Part shown: one piece after another, positions 14,201 to 27,100 of the stretch
How positions within the stretch are numbered: position 1 is the stretch's first letter
Layout of the letters: every line of letters begins with the position of its first letter
Assembly: GCA_950097015.1 (NCBI GenBank)
Contig: CATNEN010000038.1
Location: forward strand, 25,792,001 to 25,856,000
Reading direction: 5' to 3'
DNA length: 64,000 bases
Origin: Macrostomum hystrix
Lineage: Eukaryota; Animalia; Platyhelminthes
Program-made: the position numbers and the translations under genes
The notes under the pieces: generated by a model
What the model was told of the DNA's origin: nothing
Databases searched by the model: none
The model's input: only the letters and a program-made list of their open reading frames with translations

Positions 14201-16374
14201 ATCAGTTGTTATGGGGATTACTCCTAGATTTTTTAAATCAGTTGTGATTGGGATTACTCCTAGATTTTCAGAATCAGTTGTTATGGGGATTACTCCTAGA
14301 TTTTCTGAATCAGTTGTTATAGGGATTACTCCTAGATTTTCAGAATCAGTTGTTATAGGGATTACTCCTAGATTTTCTGAATCAGTTGTTATGGGGATTA
14401 ATCCTAGATTTTCAGAATCAGTTGTTATGGGGATTAATCCTAGATTTTCTGAATCAGTTGTTATAGGGATTACTCCTAGATTTTCTGAATCAGTTGTTAT
14501 AGGGATTACTCCTAGATTTTCTGAATCAGTTGTTATAGGGATTACTCCTAGATTTTCTGAATCAGTTGTTATAGGGATTACTCCTAGATTTTCAGAATCA
14601 GTTGTGATGGGGATTAATCATAGACTTTCAGAATCAGTTGTTAACGGGATTAATCCTACATTTTCAGAATCAGTTGTTATGGGGATTAATCCTAGATTTT
14701 CAGAATCAGTTGTTATGGGGATTAATCCTAGATTTTCAGAATCAGTTGTTATGGGGATTAATCAAAGATTTTTAGAATCAGTTGTTATGGGGATTAATCA
14801 TAAATTTTTAGAATCAGTTGTGATTGGGATTGATCCTAGACTTCCAGAATCAGCTGTTAGGGAGATTAATCCTAGACTCTCAGAATCAGCTGTTAAGGGG
14901 ATTAGATTTTCAGAATCAGTTGTTAAGGGGATTAATCATAGATTTTTAGAATCAGTTGTGATTGGGATTGATCCTAGACTTTCAGAATCAGCTGTTAGGG
15001 AGATTAATCCTAGACTCTCAGAATCAGCTGTTAAGGGGATTAGATTTTCAGAATCAGTTGTTATGGGGATTACTCCTAGATTTTCAGAATCAGTTGTTAT
15101 GGGGATTAATCCTAGATTTTCAGAATCAGTTGTTATGGGGATTAATCCTAGATTTTCTGAATCAGTTGTTATGGGGATTACTCCTAGATTTTCTGAATCA
15201 GTTGTTATAGGGATTACTCCTAGATTTTCAGAATCAGTTGTTATAGGGATTACTCCTAGATTTTCTGAATCAGTTGTTATGGGGATTAATCCTAGATTTT
15301 CAGAATCAGTTGTTATGGGGATTAATCCTAGATTTTCTGAATCAGTTGTTATAGGGATTACTCCTAGATTTTCTGAATCAGTTGTTATAGGGATTACTCC
15401 TAGATTTTCTGAATCAGTTGTTATAGGGATTACTCCTAGATTTTCTGAATCAGTTGTTATAGGGATTACTCCTAGATTTTCTGAATCAGTTGTTATAGGG
15501 ATTACTCCTAGATTTTCAGAATCAGTTGTGATGGGGATTAATCATAGACTTTCAGAATCAGTTGTTAACGGGATTAATCCTACATTTTCAGAATCAGTTG
15601 TTATGGGGATTAATCCTAGATTTTCAGAATCAGTTGTTATGGGGATTAATCCTAGATTTTCAGAATCAGTTGTTATGGGGATTAATCATAGATTTTTAGA
15701 ATCAGTTGTTATGGGGATTAATCATAAATTTTTAGAATCAGTTGTGATTGGGATTGATCCTAGACTTCCAGAATCAGCTGTTAGGGAGATTAATCCTAGA
15801 CTCTCAGAATCAGCTGTTAAGGGGATTAGATTTTCAGAATCAGTTGTTAAGGGGATTAATCATAGATTTTTAGAATCAGTTGTGATTGGGATTGATCCTA
15901 GACTTTCAGAATCAGCTGTTAGGGAGATTAATCCTAGACTCTCAGAATCAGCTGTTAAGGGGATTAGATTTTCAGAATCAGTTGTTATGGGGATTACTCC
16001 TAGATTTTCAGAATCATTTGTTATGGGGATTACTCCTAGATTTTCAGAAACAGTTGTTATGGGGGTTGTAGTAACCATCAACATATTAACGTTAATATGT
16101 TATTGGTTAATGGTAACATTAACATAGTGTTACACATAAAATAGAAGCCCATTAAAATATGATTGCCTCTGCCTTGTCAGGCCAAATGCGCATCACTGGC
16201 CTACCATTCGACGTCACGGCCTATCGCTCGGAGCACAAGATCGAGGACGCCGAACTATTGAAGACTATCACCGGAGCGCTGAACAAGAAATCGCAAAAGA
16301 AGAAGGCCAAGAAAAAGGCAGCCGGCGATCTGGCCAGCGCCGTTGAAGCCGTGAAGATTAGCGGCTCCTCTTAA
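2201..16374 (+). CDS. PA2G4: Proliferation-associated protein 2G4 / EBP1 (MetAP2-like fold), 4 exons: 2201-2291, 3768-4177, 4749-5235, 16181-16374; 393 aa
   Basis: Spliced translation gives [67 protein letters not shown] and a C-terminal [11 protein letters not shown], all PA2G4 hallmarks. All introns are GT-AG with matching phases (1,0,1); total 1182 nt. Confidence 0.95.
4217..4340 (-). mobile_element. tRNA-derived SINE family A, truncated copy in PA2G4 intron 2
   Basis: Minus strand reads TGTAGCCTAGTGGTTAG (A box)...GGTTCGATTCCCGACTC (B box)...GAACAATTTG; aligns by eye to 48646-48780. Confidence 0.75.
4555..4660. repeat. Short degenerate ~20-bp tandem repeat (CCCTCGACAATTCATGCTAC)
   Basis: About 5 imperfect copies in PA2G4 intron 2. 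Confidence 0.7.
5370..16066. repeat. 36-bp satellite array (TCAGAATCAGTTGTTATGGGGATTACTCCTAGATTT)n, ~300 units, filling PA2G4 intron 3
   Basis: Direct tandem repeat; variant-unit patterns recur at a 2484-bp offset. Confidence 0.98.
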
Positions 16375-17386
16375 GTACAGGGTGATCATTGTGCTGTTGT
16401 AGATCCGACTGGAGGCGCGGTAAAATAAATATAATTTTAATTCAAACAAATAGGATCATTAGTTTTTCTACTAGGGCAATCTTTAATAAGGTTCTCCGTC
16501 TCTATAGTTCCATTGTGTGTCGCTTTGCATTGAATAAAAATAGTTACTAAGTAATACAATTTATGCGCAATATTTTATTTCCATTCTAGAGTGTTTTATT
16601 TTTTCCCATAGGTTATTAGCGCTTGTGTTCAAGTTTCTATATATGAAAATTGACAGCTGTCAGATTTCTTTTGCTATTTAGGGTTCGATTTTTTGTGTTT
16701 AAATTACCTACGTATAACTAGTGAAATGTCTCTACAGTTTATTTTTATTTTATTTCCAATCTGTGACTTTATCTTGTTTTATGTCCATTCGATCTGGCTA
16801 GCAATTAGAGGGACTAGAGGGTCTATCATCCCATCCTAAAATAGTATCTGAAGTCTTAACGTGTTGCAGACTATTCTTTAAGAAATCCTTTTTAAACTTA
16901 TTAAAATTGGACCTGACTGCGCTTGACTACTGACTAGTGTATTAGTTATTTTTTGTTGATTGCTGTTGGCAATTCTACAACTATGAAATGGCATTGTGCA
17001 GTGTTAGTGCGGTGTGATTAATTTTGCAGCTTAATTTTGCCGTGCTTAAAAACACTGGGTTTTCTCGGTGGCTATTTTTTGTTGGTAATTGAAAAGCTAA
17101 ACAAAAGTGCTGTTGACGTTTGAGTGTTTAATTTTGGCATCGATGAAAAATTGTTGTCTTCATTTTACTTTACTATCTTTGTATTTACTAGTCTAAATAA
17201 AGGTTTGGTTTAGTAGTATTTCTTCATAGCCGGCTGACAGGAGCAACCAAGCCATTGACCAATCCCAATAATGAGGCCACCATAATTAGGGTTCGATCAA
17301 CATAATTAAGTATGAAATAATTAATCATTATCACTATCATTATCATTACCATGACACGAATTACCATACAAGACCATAGAAAAAAT

Positions 17387-17820
17387 GAGCATGCATTGAC
17401 CAGCCTAATGAGCATTAACCAGCCTAATGAGCATTGGCTAGCTTAATGAGCATTGACCAGCCTAATGAGCATTGACCAGCCTAATGAGCATTAACCAGCC
17501 TAATGAGCATTGGCTAGCTTAATGAGCATTGACCAGCCTAATGAGCATTGACCAGCCTAATGAGCATTGAGCAGCCTAATTAGTATTGCCCATTTTAATT
17601 AGCATTGACCAGCCTAATTAGTATTGCCCATTTTAATTAGCATTGACCAGCCGTATTGCCCATTTTAATTAGCATTGACCAGCCTAATTTGTATTGCCCA
17701 TTTTAATTAGCATTGACCAGCCTAATTAGCATTGCCTATTTTAATTAGCATTGACCAGCCTAATTAGCATTGCCTATTTTAATTAGCATTGACCAGCCTA
17801 ATTAGCATTTACAAGTCTAA
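17387..17820. repeat. 19-bp minisatellite (CATTGACCAGCCTAATGAG)n, grading into a 38-bp dimer
   Basis: Tandem repeat between PA2G4 and the AP3B start codon. Confidence 0.9.
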
Positions 17821-18105
17821 TGAGTTATGATCAACATAATTAGGTACGTGTATGACATAAATAATTAGGTATGCCCACCTTAATTATAATTTAGGTCACC
17901 ATTATGTGGTATGAACACCATTTTGATTCATGGCCTCGATCAAGAGTCATGACCATCATTATGAGCGTTGACCAATTTTTGAAGAGCAGGTGAAAAGCTG
18001 AATTCGAGAAACAGAATTGAAGGTTTAAATTAAACAAATATAAAATTTCAAATTTCAGTGAATCATCTGTCAATCATTAGCCAATCCGCCAAGCAGACAG
18101 CAGAC

Positions 18106-21100
18106 ATGAACAATAACGGCTTTCAGCCCTACAATTCGTCATTGGACAGCAGCGGGCCGCATCTCGTCCCACCTTCGCATCAGTCCGGCGTTGATCACGC
18201 ATCGTCAACTGGCAGTCAAGACGGCGAGCGCGGCGCCAGAAGTAGCGGCGATCCGGCGGGATCCGCGTTCTTCTCCGGCGATTATAAAAAGCACGACGAC
18301 CTGCGCACTATGCTAGAATCTAGTAAGGACGCACAGAAACTAGAAGCAATGCGACGCATCATAGCCATGGTTGCTAAGGGCAAAGATTGCTCGGATCTGT
18401 TCCCGTCTGTTGTTAAGAATGTGGTATCTAAGAATTCAGAAGTTAAGAAGCTAGTCTACGTCTACTTGACACGATACGCCGAGGAGAAACAAGATTTAGC
18501 TTTACTATCGATATCAACATTTCAACGCGCATTAAAAGATCCCAATCAGCTAATTAGGGCTAGCGCTCTGCGAGTATTAACCAGCATTCGGGTGCCAGTG
18601 ATTCTGCCCATTCAAACTCTCGCTCTACGCGACGCAGTCTCGGATATGTCAGCCTATGTGAGAAAAACTGCCGCCTTAGCTATACCAAAAATCTATAGCC
18701 TGGACCCCGAGACCAAGCCTCAACTAATGGAAGTGATTGAAAAACTATTGGCCGACAAAACTACACTAGTTGTTGGCGTGGCTATCCAAGCCTTTGAAGA
18801 AATCTGTCCCAATAGGATTGATTTGATACACAAGAATTATCGGAAACTATGCGAATTACTGGCCGATGTGCAGGACTGGGGCCAGGTTGTCATTATTAAC
18901 ATGCTCACCAGGTTAGTATTCTGCTGTTAACATTATCACAACTAGTTCTCTACCTCTCTCAATCGCATTTGTCTATTTCTCAATCTCACCTGCCTCCATC
19001 TCAATATCTTCCGTCTCTTTCTAAACTTCACCTGGCTCTCAATATCAACTGTCTCTTTCTCAATCTCACCTGTCTGTTTCTCAATCTCTCCTGTCTATTT
19101 CTCAATCTCACCTGTCTCTGTTTCAGTCTCACCTGTCTGTTTCTCAATCTCACCTGTCTCTTTCTCATTCTTACCTGTCTCTGTTTCAATCTCGCGTGTC
19201 TCTTTCTCAATCTCGCATGTCTCTGTTTCAGTCTCACCTGTCTCTTTCTCAATCTTACCTGTCTGTTTATCAATCTTAACTGTCTGTTTCTCAATCTCAC
19301 CTGTCTGTTACTCAATCTAACCTGTCTGTTTCTCAATCTTACCTGTCTGTTTCTCATTCTCGCCTGTCTGTTTCTCAATCCCACCTGTCTGCTTCTTTGA
19401 TCTCACCTGTTTTTCCCAATCACCTGCCTTTTACTCCTCTTAATAATTAAGAATCTGAAACTAAAATGCCAGATTCGAACCCCCACAGCCCTCTCACTCA
19501 CCCCCTCTATTTCGCAGATACGTGCGCACACAATTCCTAGACCCGGCACAACAGGCGGACTCGCAGCAGTCTCTAAAGTCGTCATCATCCTACTCATTGG
19601 ATCCGGATCACGAGCTTCTATTGCGCACAGTTAGGCCATTGTTTCAGAGTCAAAACGCTGCCGTTGTTATGGCCGTTGCCCAGCTGTATTATCATTGCGC
19701 ACCGCCTGGCTACATGACCATTGTTGTGCGTCACCTAGTGCGCCTACTGCGCGCCTCGCCAGAGATTCAAAGCTGCGTATTGACCAGCCTGTCAGCTTTG
19801 TCTGCCAGCTCGCCTCAGTTGCTAGCGGGTCATTTGAAGAGTTTCTATATTCATAGCACTGATCCCAGCAGTGTTAAGCTGGTCAAGTTGGACATACTCA
19901 CTAATCTGGCTACGGACTCGAATTTTCCTGTGAGTCTCACGCATCGATCCCATACGTAGCTAATCCCCATATATTCTCCATTAAAGATCTCTAGATTTAA
20001 AGATCACATCCCTCAATATTTCTGGGTTAAAGTCCCATCCTCAAACTCCAGGATTAAAGTCAAAGATCCCATCCTTAATCTCCGTGATTAAAGATCCCAT
20101 CCTCAATCTTCAGGATCCCATCCTCAATCTTCAGGATCCCATCCTCAATCTTCAGGATCCCATCCTCAATATCCAGGATCCCATCCTCAATCTCCAGGAT
20201 TCCATCCTCAATATCCAGGATCCCATCCTCAATATCCAGGATCCCATCCTCAATATCCAGGATTCCATCCTCAATATCCAGGATCCCATCCTCAATATCC
20301 AGGATCCCATCCTCAAAATTCAGGATCCCATCCTCAATATCCAGGATCCCATCCTCATTCTCCAGGATCCCATCCTCAATATCCAGGATCCCATCCTCAA
20401 TATCCAGGATCCCATCCTCAATATCCAGGATCCCATCCTCAATATCCAGGATCCCATCCTCAATATCCAGGATCCCATCCTCAATATCCAGGATCCCATC
20501 CTCAATATCCAGGATCCCATCCTCAATATTCAGGATCCCATCGTCAATATCCAGGATCCCATCCTCAATCTTCAGGATCCCATCCTCAATATCCAGGATC
20601 CCATCCTCAATATCCAGGATCCCATCCTCAATATCCAGGATCCATCCTCAATATCCAGGATCCATCCTCAATATCCAGGATCCCATCCTCAATATCCAGG
20701 ATTCCATCCTCAATATCCAGGATCCCATCCTCAATATTCAGGATCCCATCCTCAATATCCAGGATCCCATCCTCAATATCCAGGATCCCATCCTCAATAT
20801 CCAGGATCCCATCCTCAATATCCAGGATCCCATCCTCAATATCCAGGATCCCATCCTCAATATCCAGGATTCCATCCTCAGTATCCAGGATCCCATCCTC
20901 AATATCCAGGATCCCATCCTCAATATTCAGGATCCCATCCTCAATATCCAGGATCCCATCCTCAATATCCAGGATCCCATCCTCAATATCCAGGATCCCA
21001 TCCTCAATATCCAGGATCCCATCCTCAATATCCAGGATCCCATCCTCAATATCCAGGATCCCATCCTCAATATCCAGGATCCCATCGTCAATATCCAGGA

Positions 21101-24100
21101 TCCCATCGTCAATATCCAGGATCCCATCGTCAATATCCAGGATCCCATCCTCAATATCCAGGATCCCATCCTCAATATCCAGGATCCCATCCTCAATCTC
21201 CAGGATCCCATCCTCAATATCCAGGATCCCATCCTCAATCTCCAGGATTCCATCCTCAATATCCAGGATCCCATCCTCAATATCCAGGATCCCATCCTCA
21301 AAATTCAGGATCCCATCCTCAATATCCAGGATCCCATCCTCATTCTCCAGGATCCCATCCTCAATATCCAGGATCCCATCCTCAATATCCAGGATCCCAT
21401 CCTCAATATCCAGGATCCCATCCTCAATATCCAGGATCCCATCCTCAATATCCAGGATCCCATCCTCAATATCCAGGATCCCATCCTCAATATCCAGGAT
21501 CCCATCCTCAATATTCAGGATCCCATCGTCAATATCCAGGATCCCATCCTCAATCTTCAGGATCCCATCCTCAATATCCAGGATCCCATCCTCAATATCC
21601 AGGATCCCATCCTCAATATCCAGGATCCATCCTCAATATCCAGGATCCATCCTCAATATCCAGGATCCCATCCTCAATATCCAGGATCCCATCCTCAATA
21701 TCCAGGATTCCATCCTCAATATCCAGGATCCCATCCTCAATATTCAGGATCCCATCCTCAATATCCAGGATCCCATCCTCAATATCCAGGATCCCATCCT
21801 CAATATCCAGGATCCCATCCTCAATATCCAGGATCCCATCCTCAATATCCAGGATCCCATCCTCAATCTTCAGGATCCCATCCTCAATATCCAGGATTCC
21901 ATCCTCAATATCCAGGATCCCATCGTCAATATCCAGGATCCCATCCTCAATATCCAGGATCCCATCCTCAATCTTCAGGATACCATCCTCAATATCCAGG
22001 ATCCCATCCTCAATATCCAGGATCCCATCCTCAATATCCAGGATCCATCCTCAATATCCAGGATCCATCCTCAATATCCAGGATTCCATCCTCAATATCC
22101 AGGATCCCATCCTCAATATCCAGGATTCCATCCTCAATATCCAGGATCCCATCCTCAATATCCAGGATCCCATCCTCAATATCCAGGATCCCATCCTCAA
22201 TATCCAGGATCCCATCCTCAATATTCAGGATCCCATCCTCAATATTCAGGATCCCATCCTCAATATCCAGGATCCCATCCTCAATATCCAGGATCCCATC
22301 CTCAATATCCAGGATTCCATCCTCAATATCCAGGATCCCATCCTCAATATCCAGGATCCCATCCTCAATATCCAGGATTCCATCCTCAATATCCAGGATC
22401 CCATCCTCAATATTCAGGATTCCATCCTCAATATCCAGGATCCCATCCTCAATATCCAGGATCCCATCCTCAATATCCAGGATCCCATCCTCAATATCCA
22501 GGATCCCATCCTCAATATTCAGGATCCCATCCTCAATATCCAGGATCCCATCCTCATTCTCGAGGATCCCATCCTCAATATCCAGGATCCCATCCTCAAT
22601 ATCCAGGATCCCATCCTCAATATCCAGGATCCCATCCTCAATATCCAGGATCCCATCCTCAATATCCAGGATCCCATCCTCAATATCCAGGATCCCATCC
22701 TCAATATCCAGGATCCCATCCTCAATCTCCAGGATCCCATCCTCAATCTCCAGGGTCCCATACTCAATATTCAGGATCCCATCCTGAATATCCAGGGTTA
22801 AAGATCCTATCCTCAATCCCTATGGTTAAAGATCCCATCCTGAGTGAGTCTGAGTGAGTGAGTCCCAACTGAGTCTCCAGCTTTAAAGATACCATCCTCA
22901 ATAAGCTTTGAATATCCCTAACCCCAAATCCTTGCTCAGATCCTACTCCGTGAACTCCAAGCGTACGTGGCCTCGCCCGACTCAGAGTTGGCTAGCGCCG
23001 CTGTGCGAGCCATCGGCAGATGCGCTAGTCAACTGCCAGAGACCACAGACAACTGCCTAAACGGCCTAGTCAGCCTGCTAGCTAAAAAAGACGAATCTGT
23101 GGTTGCCGAGTCAATCGTAGTGATTAAGAAGCTGCTACAGGTGCAAACTAGTGATCACAGCGGTATGATTGTCGACCTGGCCCGCCTAGTAGACGGCATT
23201 GCGATTCCGCGGGCTAGGGCCTCTATTCTATGGCTAATTGGCGAGTACTGCGATCGGGTGCCAAAGATTGCGCCCGATGTGCTGCGCAAATTCGCCAAAA
23301 CTTTCCTGGAGGAGCAGGATCAGGTGCGAATTATTTTTCTGTTATCCCACATAATACACATCAAGATTACTTGATGGCAGTCGAAATTCTCCGACATCCT
23401 CGAATAATGTTACTGAAATTCTCTCAAATCCTCAAGTTTTGTTATTGAAATTCTCTCAAATCCTCAAGTTTTGTCTCTGAAATTCTCTCAAATCCTCAAG
23501 TTTTGTTACTGAAATTCTCTCAAATCCTCAAGTTTTGTTACTGAAATTCTCTCAAATCCTCAAGTTTTGTTACTGAAATTCTCTCAAATCCTCAAGTTTT
23601 GTTACTGAAATTCTCTCAAATCCTCAAGTTTTGTTACTGAAATTCTCTCAAATCCTCAAGTTTTGTTACTGAAATTCTCTCAAATCCTCAAGTTTTGTTA
23701 CTGAAATTCTCTCAAATCCTCAAGTTTTGTTACTGAAATTCTCTCAAATCCTCAAGTTTTGTTACTGAAATTCTCTCAAATCCTCAAGTTTTGTTACTGA
23801 AATTCTCTCAAATCCTCAAGTTTTGTTACTGAAATTCTCCCAAATCCTCAAGTTTTGTTACTGAAATTCTCTCAAATCCTCAAGTTTTGTTACTGAAATT
23901 CTCTCAAATCCTCAAGTTTTGTTACTGAAATTCTCTCAAATCCTTAAGTTTTGTTACTGAAATTCTCCCAAATCCTTAAGTTTTGTTACTGAAATTCCAC
24001 CAAATCCTCAAGTTTTGTTACTGAAATTCCACCAAATCCTCAAGTTTTGTTACTGAAATTCCACCAAATCCTCAAGTTTTGTTACTGAAATTCCACCAAA

Positions 24101-27100
24101 TCCTCAAGTTTTGTTACTGAAATTCCACCAAATCCTCAAGTTTTGTTACTGAAATTCCACCAAATCCTCAAGTTTTGTTTCTGAAATTCCACCAAATCCT
24201 CAAGTTTTGTTTCTGAAATTCCACCAAATCCTCAAGTTTTGTTACTGAAATTCTCTCAAATCCTTAAGTTTTGTTACTGAAATTCTCCCAAATCCTCAAG
24301 TTTTGTTTCTGAAATTCCACCAAATCCTCAAGTTTTGTTACTGAAATTCTCCCAAATCCTCAGAATATGTTTCTGAAGTTCTTTCAAACGTTATCCCTCT
24401 ATCTCGCATTAATTTTCTCCAAGGTGAAGCTGCAAATTGTTAACCTAGCCGCAAAGTTATGCGTCTGCAATCCTAAGCAGACCCGCCTGTTGGCCCAGTA
24501 CGTGCTCAACCTTGCTAAATACGATCAGAACTATGACATCCGCGATCGCAGCCGCTTCCTTCGGCCTCTGGTGTTTCCCGACCAGCAGCAAGCTGGCGAT
24601 CAGTCAGGCACAGCGGCCGCCCTGCTAGTTGGCAAGCGAGTTAAGAAGATCCTATTGGCTCCCAAACCGGCGCCCGAAGTCCAATCCCGCTTCGCCGAGC
24701 GCTCGCCATTCCAGTTGGGCAGCCTGTCTCATCTGTTAAACTTGCGCCTGCCCGGCTATCAGCCTCTGCCCGACTGGCCCGAGACGCAGCCCGATCCCAG
24801 CGTCAGGATTGTCGCCGCGCCGCCGCCTTCTTCGACACTGCCATCCAAGATTCGAACTGATGAAAAATCCTCCGATTCCGAGGATGAAGATGAGGAAGAT
24901 GACGAAGAGGAAGAGGAGGAGGAAGAGGAAGAGGAAGAAGACGAGGAAGAGGAAGAAGACGAGGAAGAGGAAGAAGAAGACTCTAGTGAAGAAGAAGCAG
25001 AAGTTAAACCGAAGCCGCAGAAGCCGAATTCGAAGCCATCAAATGTATCATCAGAAGAGGACGATGAAGAAGACGACGACTCTGATGAGGAGGTCGATGA
25101 CGACGACGAAGAAGAAGAATCATCTGACTCGTCGGCGACTCCGCCCAAGAAGCAGCAGAATGTGAAACCGGCCGCGTCGTCATCAGTCTCCACAGCAGCT
25201 GCTAGCGGTAAAAAAGAGAAGCCCCAGGAAAAGCCGAAACCGAAGCATCAGCAGCAGCAGCCGGCTGAAGCTAGTCTTCTTGACTTCGGCCCGTCAGCCG
25301 CTACGCCCCAGGCGACAGCGCCGATAAGCCGATCGTCCGATCCGTTTGGTCTCTTGCCTGACGACCTTCTTCTGCTGCCAACACCAAGTCGGCTGTACAG
25401 TCTAGTTAATAAATACAGCGCAGCGGGACTACAGGTCAGTTGCGTCACTTCTGGGCCTGATGATTTTCGTTAGGATCCTTTCAGATCCTCAGATTATCCT
25501 GTCTTCCTATCTACCATTTACTCAGATTATCTTGTCCTCCTATCTCCCAGATCCTCAGATTATCTTGTCTTCTTATCTCCCAGATCGTCAGATTATCCTG
25601 TCTTCTTATCTCCCAGATCCTCAGATTATCCTGTCTTTTTTATCTCCCAGATCCTCAGATTATCCTGTCTTCTTATCTCCCAGATCCCCAGATTATCTTG
25701 TCTTCTTCTCAGATCCTCAGATTATCCTGTCTTTTTATCTCCCAGATCCTCAGATTATCTTGTCTTCTTCCCAGATCCTCAGATTATCTTGTCTTCTTCC
25801 CAGATCCTCAGATTATCCTGTCTTCTTCCCAGATCCTCAGATTATCTTGTCTTCTTCCCAGATCCTCAGATTATCCTGTCTTCTTCCCAGATCCTCAGAT
25901 TATCCTGTCTTCTTCCCAGATCCTAATATTATTGGTTTTACTTCTTAGATCCTCAGATTATCCTGTCTTCCTCTCCCAGATCCTCAGATTATCTTGTCTT
26001 CCTGTCCTAGATCCTCAGATTATCTTGTCTTCTTATCTCCCAGATCGTCAGGTTGGCTTGGATTATTTGGTAAATTTAATCAGTAAGAATCCCAATGTTT
26101 CGCCTTCCCATGCGCCAAATCCAGGTTGACTACTCATTTCCGCGCACCTGTTTGGCTAGCGGCCGAATCGCTCTGAGCCTAGTCTTCACAAATCACAGCA
26201 GCGCTCCAATGCGTCAGGTGACTCTGCAACACTCCGGCGGTCCCTCGCTGCAGGCACCGGACCCTATCGACTCGCTGGAGCCCGGCGCCAGCGTCACTCG
26301 TCAAGCCGAAGTGGCCTGGGGCGATTCCACCACAGCTCTGCAGCTGGCTCTGCGCTGGGACAATGGCGCTCAAGAATTTCGAGCCAGCGTCCAGCCGCCT
26401 GTGGGCGAATTGCTCGCCCCGGTTACAATGTCCGCACAACAGTTCACTTCTGAATCAAGCAAACTCACCGGACTTAACGAGGAGAAGGGTGAGGGATTGA
26501 TTTGCGCTGGGGACTGGGATTGCTATGGTTTGGAACTGGGATTGATAAAAGGATTGGTACTGGGATCGACAAGGTTTGGTACTGGGATCGACAAGGTTTG
26601 GTACTGGAGATTGATGAGGTTCAGTACTGAGATTGATAAGGTTTGGAACTGGAGATTGATAAGGTTTGGTACTGGAGTTTGATAACGTTTGGTACTGGAG
26701 ATTGATAACGTTTGGTACTGGAGATTGATGAGGTTCAGTACTGGAGATTGATAAGGTTTGGTACTGGAGATTGATAAGGTTCAGTACTGGAGATTGATAA
26801 GGTTCAGTACTGGAGATTGATAAGGTTCAGTACTGGAGATTGATAAGGTTTGGTACTCGAGATTGATAAGGTTCAGTACTGGAGATTGATAAGGTTCAGT
26901 ACTGGAGATTGATAAGGTTCAGTACTGGAGATTGATAAGGTTCAGTACTGGAGATTGATAAGGTTCAGTACTGGAGATTGATAGTGTTCCGTACTGAGTT
27001 TGATAAGGTTTAGTACTGGAGATTGATAAGGTTATGGTACTGAGATTGATAAGGTTATGGTACTGAGATTGATAAGGTTATGGTACTGAGATTGATAAGG

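Noticed and set aside
5406-16127. 1004, 824 and 1737-aa ORFs as genes
   Set aside because: They lie within PA2G4 intron 3; the flanking exons join in phase to give a normal-length PA2G4.
20084-22816. 905-aa (ILNIQDP/HPQYPGS)n ORF and antisense ORFs
   Set aside because: A 21-bp repeat inside AP3B intron 2; the peptide changes frame at 1-nt deletions, so there is no coding constraint.
24759-25193. Poly-Ser antisense ORF and Arg/Lys-rich alternate-frame ORF
   Set aside because: Shadows of the acidic hinge of AP3B, a known feature of beta-3 adaptins.
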